This document shows positions 11,061-19,717 of a stretch of 19,717 nt of DNA, in pieces. The DNA is from Chiloscyllium plagiosum (taxonomy: Eukaryota). The first letter of the stretch is position 1, and each line of letters starts with the position of its first letter. A program made the position numbers and the translations under genes. Under the pieces are notes generated by a model that was not told where the DNA came from, made no database searches, and saw nothing but the letters and a program-made list of their open reading frames with translations. The stretch is from the NCBI RefSeq assembly GCF_004010195.1, contig NC_057728.1, positions 45,591,716-45,611,432 on the forward strand, written 5' to 3'.

Positions 11061-11158
11061 GTTCTGAAGAAGGATCACTGGTCTTGAAATGATAACCCTG
11101 TTTTCTATCTACAGATGCCAGACCTGCTGAGTTTCTCCAGCAAATTTCTATTTTTGTG
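11061..11158 (+). mobile_element. ~100 bp PLE terminal-repeat mini-insert with decayed hammerhead
   Basis: gttCTGAAGAaggatcactggtcttGAAAtgataaccctg…cagatgccagacctgctgagtttctccagc; flanked by direct repeat ACAATAGAT (11049-11057, 11161-11169). Confidence 0.8.
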
Positions 11159-11851
11159 TGACAATAGATCTGGATTGTAAAAATTAAAATTCAAGAGACT
11201 TTTTATTAGAACTGCTTTAGCATTAGCAAACATCATAGAATCACTCACTTTCTTGTAGAAGGAGACCATTCTGTCCATCTGTTTTCACTCTTTCCCTCTC
11301 TCTAGATTTCTTTTGATTTTCTCCTATGATTATCTTTCCTCATCCGAAAGTAATGACTACACTCAGATAAGAAATGATTTCAGCCAGGTATTGCAGTTCC
11401 TTTCCAAATCTCCTAATTGAGTATCACAGGAAGGTTGCAAGAACATGGGCACGTGTTAATTAAGGTTGGCTCATGAATTCTTTCCTCTCTCTATCTCTGA
11501 GTTTGAATATCTTACTCTTTTATACTGCTTCATCTGGCAATATGGTTGATGACTGACAGAATTCAAAGTGACAGGCAGTAATGAGTAGTTCTATGACTTT
11601 AATTTATCGCGAGGTTTCTAGATATCATAATCCTGCTGCTTAATGAAGAGAATATTTCATTTCACTTCGAGGGCATATATATTTTTTAAACATTTAACTT
11701 AATTTGAAAATTTGTCTTGGTTGAATATAATGCAACGCATTAATCAAACATCACTTAGCAGCTTTGAACAAGCTTTCTGTAGAAACATTGGCTAAAGATA
11801 TTGAATCGCTCTTTAGAAAGGAAAACAGAACATATGTATGGCATTTAACGC

Positions 11852-11917
11852 AACAGAAACAGAAATTGCTGGAAAATCTCATCAGAGCTGGCAGAATCTG
11901 TAGGGAAAAACCAGAGT
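11852..11917 (-). mobile_element. Distal part of the PLE terminal repeat belonging to the 13674-15057 element (split off by CR1)
   Basis: Reverse complement actctggtttttccctacagattctgccagctctgatgagattttccagcaatttctgtttctg continues directly from …cccgaaacatt at 13674, in the same order as the uninterrupted copy at 14468-14568. Confidence 0.8.
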
Positions 11918-13673
11918 CATAGAATCATAGAGATATATAGCACAGAAACAGATCTTTTGGTTCAACTCGTCCATGCCGACCAGATATCTTAACCTAATCT
12001 AGTCCCATTTGCCAGCACTTTGACCATACCACTCTAAACCCTTCCCATTCATATACCCATTCAGATGTCATTAAATGTTGTAATTGTTACCAGCCTCCAT
12101 CACTTCCTCTGGCAGCTCATTCTATAACATACATGACCCTCTGTATGAAAAGGTTGCCCCTTAGGTCCCTTTTAAATCTTTCCCTTTTCACCCTAAACCT
12201 ATACCCTGGACTCCCCCACTCCAGGGAAAAGATTTTGTCTATTTATCCTATCCATACCCCCCACGATTTTATAAATCTTTATAAGGTCACCCCTTAGCCT
12301 CAAACACTTCAGGGAAAACAGCCCCAGCCAGTTCAACCTCTCCCTATAGCTCAAATCCTCCAACCCTGACAGCATCTTTGTAAATCTTTTCTAAACATTT
12401 TCAAGTTTCACAACATCAGAACTACGGTTTATCAGAGACCAGAATTGCACACAAAATTCCAAAAATGTCCTAACCAATGTTCTATACAGCCGCAACATGA
12501 CCTCCCAACTCCTTTACTCAATGTTCTGACAAATTATGGAGAGCATACCAAATGCCTTCTTCACTACCCTATCTAGCTGTGACTACTTTCAAGAAACTAT
12601 GAACCTGCGTTCCAAGGTCTCTTTGTTTAGCAACATTACCCAGGACCTTACCATTAAGTGTGTAAGTCCTGCTCTGAAATGCCTTTCCAAAATGCAGCAC
12701 TTCGCATTTATCTAAATTAAACTCCATCTGCCACTCCTCAGCCCATTGTGCCCATCTGATCAAGATCCCATTGTAATCTGAGGTAAGCTTCTTCACTGTC
12801 CATTACAACTCAAATGTTGGTGTCATCTGAAAACTTATTAACTATACATCCTATGTTCACATCCAAATCATTTATATAAATAATGAAAAGCAGTGGACCC
12901 AGCACCAATCCTTGTGGCACATTACTGGTCATGTGCCTCCAGTCTGAAAGGCAACCCTCCACTACCACCCTCTGTCTTTGACCTTTGAGCCAGTTCTGTA
13001 TCCAAATGGTTAGTAGTCCCTGTATTCCATGAGATCTAACCTTGCTAACCAGTCTCCCATGGGGAACCTTGTCAAGCACCTCACTGAAGTCTATATAGAT
13101 CATGTCTACCACTCTGCCCTCAACAATCCTCTTTGTTCCTTCTTCAAAAAGCCTAATCAAGTTCATGAGACATGATTTCCCACATACAAAGCCATGTTGA
13201 ATATCCCTAATCAGTTCTTGCCTTTTTAAATACATGTAAATCCTGTCCCTCAGGATTCCCTCCAACAATTTGCCCACTTCCAATATCAGGCTCACCGATC
13301 TGTAGTTCCCTGGCTTGTCCTTACCACCTTTCTTAAATAATGGCACCATATTAGCAAACCTCTAGTCTTCAGGCACCTTACCTGTGACTATTGATGATAC
13401 AACTATCTCAGCATGGGGCCCAACAATCACTTCCCTAGCTTCCCACAGAGTTCTAGGTTACACCTGATCAGGTCCTGGGGATTTATCCACTTTTATATGT
13501 TTCAAGACATCCCACACCACCTCCTCTGTAATTTGGACATTTTTCAAGATGTCACCCTCTTTTCCTCATGTTCTATATCTTCCACAGCCTTTTCCACAGC
13601 AAACACTGATGCAAAGTAATTGTTCAGCATCTCCCATCTCCAATGGCTCCACACATGGGCTGCCTTGCTGATC
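11918..13673 (-). mobile_element. 5'-truncated CR1/HER1 LINE, inactivated ORF2
   Basis: ORF 12810-13349 has PLFKKGGKDKPGNYRSVSL, QHGF..GKSCL.NL, IDFSEVLDKVPH, VPQGLVLGPLLFIIYINDLD and KFSDD. ORF 12569-12796 has WQMEFNLDKCEVLHFG. Tail (minus) ctatgattctatgactct at 11913-11930. Confidence 0.95.
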
Positions 13674-15057
13674 AATGTTTCGGGTCTAGCCACCCTTCTT
13701 CAGAACTGATGGGAGCTAGGAAAAGCTTGGTTTTTATACAAAGATAGGTTGGAAGGGTGGAGTAGGAGTAAATGATAGGTCGAGATAGAGCTCAAAGAGA
13801 GAGGAAAACAGTTGGACAGACAAAGGTATGGATAAAAACCAGACTGGGGGAATGAATAGCTGCTAATGTGGACTATTAGTAGCTAGCAGTGAATAGCGTG
13901 TGGTAGCAGCTCATGTAATTACAGGCATGGGTGTGTGGGGGTGGGGTAAAGCATGGGGAAAGGTGCTCAAGACGTAAAATCGTTAAACTCGATACTAAGT
14001 TCATAAGGCTCTGGTGTTTCCAAGTGGAAAATGAGATGCTGTTCTTCCAGGTTGCGCTGAGTTTCACTGGAGTACTGCAGCAAGCCTGAGACAGAGATGT
14101 TGGCCAGGGAACACGGTGGTGTGTTGAAGTGGCAAGCATCTGGAAGTTCAGGTTTTATTTTGCTGACAGAATGTAGGTGATGTGCAAAATGGATACCCAG
14201 TGTAGAAGAGACAACATTGTGAGCACCGAATATAGTAGACCAGATTGAGCGAAGTACAGGTAAAGTGCTGCTTCACCTGGAAGCTGTGTTTGGTACCTTG
14301 GATACTGAGGAGGAATGAGTAATTGAACAGGTATTACACCTTCTGTGATTGCAGGAGAAGGTGCCACAATGTTGTCAGGATGTGTTGGGAGTGAAGGAGG
14401 AGTGGATCAGGAGGTCCCGGAGGGAAAAGTCCCTGCAAAAGGTTGACAAGGGAAGGGAGGGGAATACGTTCTGAAAAAGGGTCTCTGGACCCAAAACATT
14501 AACTCTGATTTCTCTCCACAGATGCTGCCAAACCCACTCGGATTTTCCAGTAATTTACATTTTGTTTTGGAAGGGAAAATGTGTCTGGTGATAGAAACCC
14601 ACTGGAGATGGTAGAATGGCAGCTAATGATCCTTTGGATGTGGATGCTGGTGGAATGGAAGGTGAGCACAAAGGGAGACCCTACTGTTGTCGTGGGAGAG
14701 AGGAGTGGGGGTAAGGACCGAGGTACAGAAGATGAGTCGGACTCGGCTGAGGGCCTTGTCAACCATGGTGATGGGGAATGATTGGTTGGGGAAGAAGGTG
14801 GACGTTTCGGATGCCCCTCTTGTCGAAGTTGACATAATCAGAACAGGTGGGATGGAGGCGGAGGAACTGGGAGAATGGAATAGGGTCTTTACAGGAAGCA
14901 GGGTGTGAGGATATATAGTCAAGGTAACTGTGGGAGTTAGTGGGTTTGTGCTGGATATTTGTGGCCAGCCTATTCCCAAAATAGAAATAGAGGTGTTGAG
15001 GAAGGGAAGGGAGGAATCAGAAACAGACCAGGTGAAGGTGACAGCGGGATGGAATTT
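13674..15057 (-). mobile_element. 5'-truncated Penelope-like element: RT thumb, Cys-rich linker, GIY-YIG endonuclease, 3' UTR and hammerhead-bearing terminal repeat
   Basis: Frameshifted minus-strand peptides: FHPAVTFTWSVSDSSLPFLN; HKPTNSHSYLDYISSHPASCKDPIPFSQFLRL; PFVLTFH; GTFSCNHRRCNTC; FTCTSLNLVYYIRCSQCCLFYTG (GIY-YIG); HFNTPPCSLANISVSGLLQYSSETQRNLEEQHLIF. Terminal CTGAAGA-A-GGGT/ACCC-GAAAC at 13674-13703. Confidence 0.9.
14468..14568 (+). mobile_element. ~100 bp PLE terminal-repeat mini-insert nested antisense inside the PLE ORF
   Basis: gttCTGAAAAagggtctctggacccAAAAcattaactctg…cagatgctgccaaacccactcggattttccag interrupts the PLE coding sequence; imperfect flanking repeat ggaggggaa/ggaagggaa. 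Confidence 0.8.
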
Positions 15058-16695
15058 AATGCCCCTCCCCCAGCAATGTTTAAAGATGAGGGCGAGCATT
15101 CAATCAGGTGAATGTGTATGACATGAAAGCCCTGCCACCTTCCCAGAAAACGGGCGTAATTTGAACGATCACTCCTCAGAAGCTAACCACAGTAAAGTAT
15201 TTTGGCTATGCTCAATGTTAAGTTACTAGTAAATTCTAAAGTTACCACCTGAAACAAATGATGAAATATTTGTAAACACTCAGTAAAAAAACAATTCTCC
15301 TCCTTTATTTTTCTTCCTTGTCCTTCAGGGCTCCCTCTTCTGAGGGATGTCATCTCCCATACCTCAACTCAACCTAGATTCCAGAAATTGAGTGTCAAGG
15401 AGTCATTCGACCATGAAAGATATCACAAATAAACTTATTCCTGTTGCTGCCAAGCATCTGTGTTTCTATTTGTTTGAAGTAATCATCAAATAGTGATCAA
15501 AATATCAACACATTCTGTTAATTTTGCTCCCCACTCTCTTCTCACTACAGTGATGCTATAGGTAATTGTATCAACCCAATTACTGCTACATGTTAAGTCA
15601 GCAATCATTGCACAGAAATGGATCTTACGGTCTGTACACTGAATGCTTAAAAAAACAAATTATTCACCTAATTATTTTTAGCTTTCCTTAAAATAACATT
15701 CTGTGCTCTTGCAATTGAGGTTTCAAAATTCCTTATGGACACTTGTGGTTTCCTAATTCTCCACAACATTTCCCTTTTAGGAACTTATGCTCTTGGCATG
15801 CTTTGAACCACAAATTAGTGGAATTTCTAAAAGATTGCAGGCTATAAATGAGCCAGAAGTCAGGAAGCAGTTCTCTAGAGATCTTTCATCTTTGCAGTAC
15901 ACATGCATCTTTAACCGTCTGGTTTGAAAATGTCTTATGTCTTAGAACTCTCCTGTGTTATGTACAATGTTGAAGGCTAGCAGTGGGTAACCACACTATC
16001 TTTCTGGCAGCATTATTTGAAGTCAGGCCAGACAGCATGTCTCTCTACTGCTAGTAAGAATCTGTAAGGAAATGTATTTGGGCAGGCACAACTCGGTTTC
16101 CAATCAGCTAAAGTAATTCAAAGGACAAAATCGCCCATAATTAGCCATCAGCTGCCACAAAATTAATAGCTTCATTCAAAGAATTTGTACAAAAAGTTGC
16201 CTCTTGTGTAAGTAAAATTACATTGAAAGAACTTAGGGCTGGAAGAGGTTTGTACTGCTTCTCCAAGCTTACCACAGATTCAGAAGAGCCAAAGAAACCT
16301 TAGTAAGAATATCCTTCACTTTGACAATCTCTTCATTCTCACAAATCAAGGCTGGACAAACAAGAACTTTGACTACTTTCAACTTTCAAGCTTTTATTTC
16401 TTGCTGGATAAAGTTCATTGCCCAGAGTGTTATTGGTATTCCAAATAAAGGCAAAGAATTTGTAAATATTAACATATACAGTTTCAACTTGATAAAGAAT
16501 TGATACAAGGTACTATATGCAGGAATCCAATGTTACTGGTGTTAGTCAGATTAGCTGCAGCTTCCACCTCCTCTGCCCCAGCAACATGTAAACATTGATA
16601 ATAGATGGCAGCTCCTGTACATGTTGCCCAGCTTTGCTGAACATGTGTCATCTGGATGTTTTCAAAAAGGAGCTAACATAGCTCTCAGGGCTACA

Positions 16696-16956
16696 GGAAT
16701 AAAAGGATATGGGGTAAAAGCAGAAAAAGGATACTGAGTTGGATAATCAACCATGATACTGAATGATGGAGCAGGCTTGAATTGTTGAGTGGATTCTGGA
16801 TTAGTGGTGCTGGAAGAGCACAGCAATTCAGCCTGAACTGCTGTGCTCTTCCAGCACCACTAATCCAGAATCTGGTTTCCAGCATCTGCAGTCATTGTTT
16901 TTACCTCGTTGAATTGTTGAGTGGCCTAGTCCTGTTCCTATTTTCTATGTTTTTAT
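16696..16956 (+). mobile_element. CR1 3' end, interrupted by a palindromic PLE-derived insert
   Basis: ggatatggggtaaaagcag…ataatcaaccatgatactgaatgatggagcaggcttga…tggcctagtcctgttcctattttctatgttt. Confidence 0.82.
16793..16908. mobile_element. Fold-back insert derived from a PLE 3' terminus
   Basis: 40-bp arms 16792-16831/16833-16872 (39/40 complementary, 1-nt spacer), then ccagcatctgcagtc shared with the 19077 insert; 16-bp TSD TTGAATTGTTGAGTGG (16777-16792, 16909-16924). Confidence 0.85.
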
Positions 16957-17377
16957 AAATGACTACATTATTGATGTGTGTTATTGGCTTAGTAACCCCC
17001 TCATGGCCATGTTGTAATAAGAACAGATGAAACAAAAGCTTTAATAAATTGCCATTTCTCAATTCACCAAAAAATGTTTTGGGTTACATTCACAATGAAT
17101 CCCGTTACATTTGGTTCAAAATATTACCAATTCCTGATATATCTCTCAGTTTGGAAATAAAACAATTTATATTAGGATCTGCTGCATACCTCACTCCTAA
17201 CTATTCTCTGTATTGATTGCTGCAGATTGAATCTTTCTTTGCCTCTAAACATCCTAACACAATTAAGTTTTTACTTAATTGCAGTTGCTGATGGTTCTAG
17301 TTAACTGTTTCATTTACTGTATTGTTTATCCTGGATGCAAGCTATTGTGTGGACATGTCACTCTGGAGTAGGGCTCA

Positions 17378-17786
17378 ATCATAAAATTGCTACAGTGCAG
17401 ATAGAGGCCACTTGGCCTATCAAATCTGCACTGACCCTTCAAAGTAAACAAGCCGGATGGTGGAAGAACACAGCAAGCCAGGCAGCATCAGGAGGTGGAG
17501 AAGTCCCTTTCAAAGAGCATTCCACCCAGACCCACCCCATCCCCACATTTGCCATGACTAATCCACCAAACCTGCACATCCCTGGACACTACAGGGCAAT
17601 TTAACATGCCAATCCACCCTAACCAACACATGTTTAGATTGTGTGAGAAAACCAGAACACCCAGCAGAAATCCATGCAGACAGACGGAGGAAATGCAAAC
17701 TCCACAGTCACCCAAGGTTGGAATCAAACCCAGGTCCCTGAAGGTGTGATGCAGGAGTGCTAACCACTGGGCCCCTGGGTCACCGC
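17378..17786 (-). mobile_element. HE1-like SINE, full-length, interrupted by a 60-bp PLE-derived insert
   Basis: Degenerate A/B boxes near 17764-17774 and 17720-17730, central gggcaatttaacatgccaatccacc…gcaaactccacagtcacc, and a CR1-like tail at 17378-17435. Confidence 0.85.
17445..17505 (-). mobile_element. 60-bp PLE terminal-repeat fragment
   Basis: Reverse complement gacttctccacctcctgatgctgcctggcttgctgtgttcttcca aligns with gattctcctgctccttggatgctgcctgacctgctgcgcttttcca (19203-19248); flanks cccttcaaag (17435-17444) and ccctttcaaag (17505-17515). Confidence 0.75.
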
Positions 17787-17807
17787 TTCATTCACCTCCT
17801 TGAGTAT

Positions 17808-18057
17808 ATTCAGCTCCTTGAGCCTACTCTGCCACTTAATAAGATCATGATTGATCTGACTATGAACTCAAGCCCACATTTCTTGCACAGCAAGACCCAG
17901 CACTGATATCTGTGTCACATCGCTCTTATACCTTGCCTACCTGAAAAAGATCCATTCATACTTCCTCTGAGCAGCCAGTCTTCTATTCATGCTCTATTCC
18001 ATTTCCTACACTATTAGCTTATATTTTCCACAATAATGTTTGATGTGGTATCTTGTC
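17808..18057 (-). mobile_element. Highly degenerate CR1 (3' tail joined to an RT-region remnant)
   Basis: ttcagctccttgagcctactctgccacttaataagatcatgattgatctg (reverse tail), then acccagcactgatatctgtgtcacatc, resembling 12897-12922 (VPQG.VLG region). Confidence 0.55.
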
Positions 18058-19076
18058 TTCCTATGACCTACAAAATGATGTCATCTGAGCAGTTAGTTTT
18101 TTTTTGAGGAGTGAGTCTTTCTCTCTATTGTTTTTGTTATCCTCTAAATCCTTTTCTTGAAAACAATCTTTATTTTCTTGTGAAAAGAGGATACTTTATC
18201 TTTCTCACCTCCAACAATGACATTCATGGTAGGTTGTACCTGGGGGGTGCAGTGAGAGAGGGACTCACTGAAATCTTTGTAGAGGGACATTCATGAAACA
18301 GTCCATCAGCCAAACACGAGTATGACACTTTGTACCTCTTACTCTAGTCCTATTTTTCAAGCTTTCCCCTTTCATGCTTTTCAGAATGAGTTAAAGGCTC
18401 TTCTCACTATGGTGGGGTTGCAGGATGCCTACAAGTGGCAGATTGTATAGCCCTTTGAAAGTTTTCCACAACTGTTACACAAGTCTGCACAAATGTCCAT
18501 TCAGAATGATTTATTAACACATTCTCTCTTCTTTTGGTCTGCCATTTTGTTCTCTTTCCCACCTGCACCTCCACACTGACTCTGTGCAGCTTTTTCTTTC
18601 CTTCTACATTCCCTCATAAATACATTTTACCTTTAACCACCTCCAAAGCCATTTCTTTTTCATTTAACTTGCCTGTGTTTGTGCCTGATCTTGCTCCTAT
18701 TTACTTCCAGCCCTCCTTCTCAGTCGAATGAGATATAAGGAAATCTCAACTGAATGAGTATGAACTCCATCATCATAAACTCAAACTTTATTAAGATTGA
18801 ATATTGGGAGCCACTTTCATTCTCGATGATACCTTTAAGGTTTCATTTCAAATGCAATGCCATATTTTCAATGCGTTAGCCGTGAAGTCATTGTAATTAA
18901 AATGGTTCCATAAAAGAAGGGTGTCTACACACACAGATGTTCAAACGGCCTGAGGAAACCTAAGGCATGTAAGTGAAGAATTACAGGATGTACTTACAAG
19001 GCAAATTCAAATTAATGTATAGGCTTGTTTTAGTTTTTTTTCTTCTACAGTCTAACTGCGGTAGTGCATATATTTT

Positions 19077-19266
19077 AGAAGAAAGTGAGGACTGCAGATG
19101 CTGGAGATCAGAGCTGAAAATGTGTTGCTGGAAAAGTGCAGCAGGTCAGGTAGCATCCAAGAATCCAAGGATTCCTGAAGAAGGGCTCATGCCCGAAACG
19201 TCGATTCTCCTGCTCCTTGGATGCTGCCTGACCTGCTGCGCTTTTCCAGCCACACATTTTCAGCTT
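19077..19266. mobile_element. Inverted-repeat PLE terminal-repeat insert containing a hammerhead core
   Basis: 50-bp arms 19112-19161/19216-19265 (47/50 complementary) around CTGAAGA…GAAACGTC; 13-bp TSD GTGCATATATTTT (19064-19076, 19267-19279). Confidence 0.88.
19169..19208 (+). ncRNA. Minimal type I hammerhead ribozyme motif (PLE-type, probably active only as a dimer)
   Basis: CTGAAGA (19175-19181), extra A, helix II GGGC-tcat-GCCC (19183-19194), GAAAC-GTC (19195-19202) with palindromic ACGT helix III, and an imperfect helix I ggattc/gattct. Confidence 0.7.
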
Positions 19267-19293
19267 GTGCATATATTTTCCCCAGCACTCATG

Positions 19294-19294
<1 letters not shown>

Positions 19295-19325
<31 letters not shown>
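19295..19325 (+). repeat. (TG)n microsatellite
   Basis: Uninterrupted (TG)15T. Confidence 0.97.
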
Positions 19326-19327
<2 letters not shown>

Positions 19328-19586
19328 GTATGAGACACAGTGAAAGACAACAGGTGTACAAATCTTTATTCAATTCCCACCATTAGAAAGAAAGGAAACA
19401 CCCAAGTGGCCAGTGACAAGCAATGCCCTTCTCATCAAAGGCAATGCTGCATGATAGGCTCGTTCTGTTGTCCCTATAGTGATTGGAACCAGGTGGATCT
19501 CATTGACTACAAGATACTTGATTGGGATTGTTAACCTGGACCAGTCTGGTAAGTCCTATCTGACCAGTATAATCAGGGGATGAATC

Positions 19587-19717
19587 AGGACGGGCTGTCC
19601 TAGAGGTGGCCGAAAGGTGTGCCAGGATAGCCCACTGGTCGGAGGTGCAACGGGGTGGGTGAGAGCCCAATGGTACCTAGGGGCAGACTGAGAGCCAGAA
19701 GGCGGGTAGCCGTCCTC
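19587..19717 (+). other. GC-rich structured segment, possibly the 5' UTR of a retroelement continuing beyond the window
   Basis: Abrupt GC/CpG rise; several complementary segments and two GNRA-capped hairpins (see finding). Family not established. Confidence 0.4.

Noticed and set aside
15300..15432. Polypyrimidine tract + CAG followed by a short open frame and AATAAA (possible terminal exon)
   Set aside because: The peptide is unrecognisable and there are no supporting exons; such signals are common by chance in AT-rich DNA.
16581..16648. 10-bp inverted repeat GCAACATGTA/TACATGTTGC and three CATG p53-like half-sites
   Set aside because: Short; half-sites are imperfect and wrongly spaced; compatible with chance.
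17017..17028. ATAAGAACAGAT, antisense match to U2 just downstream of nt 37
   Set aside because: Only 12 nt, 13.6 kb away and in the wrong order to be the other half of the 3351-3376 fragment.
18973..19386. 137-aa ORF with an overlapping antisense ORF sharing similar peptides
   Set aside because: Artefact of the inverted-repeat insert and the (TG)n tract.
19330..19580. Possible LTR or other repeat fragments (GATTGG boxes, TATAA, minus-strand AATAAA)
   Set aside because: No TG…CA termini, primer site or second copy in the window; cannot be supported from sequence alone.
1..19717. CRISPR arrays, operons or other prokaryotic systems
   Set aside because: No regularly spaced repeats or gene-dense coding; the content is vertebrate retroelements.

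Overview
AT-rich, CpG-poor vertebrate non-coding DNA, almost certainly elasmobranch (shark/ray). This is inferred from HE1-type tRNA-derived SINEs and their partner HER1/CR1 LINEs. I find no convincing host exon; all longer ORFs are decayed retrotransposon fragments or noise. About 40% of the window is recognisable repeats: two ~1.8 kb 5'-truncated CR1 LINEs in inverted orientation, several shorter CR1 pieces, three HE1-like SINEs, and three coding remnants of Penelope-like elements (PLEs; RT thumb and/or GIY-YIG). The most notable signals are: (i) five tiny (60-190 bp) insertions flanked by exact or near-exact target-site duplications (TSDs), made only of the PLE terminal repeat, with boundaries that track a minimal hammerhead ribozyme (one core intact at 19175-19202; one insert starts at the predicted cleavage site; two are fold-back palindromes); (ii) a 26-nt antisense U2 snRNA fragment fused to the 5' end of a CR1, inside an apparent shared TSD; (iii) a GC-rich, GNRA-capped, potentially two-state RNA structure at the right edge of the window.
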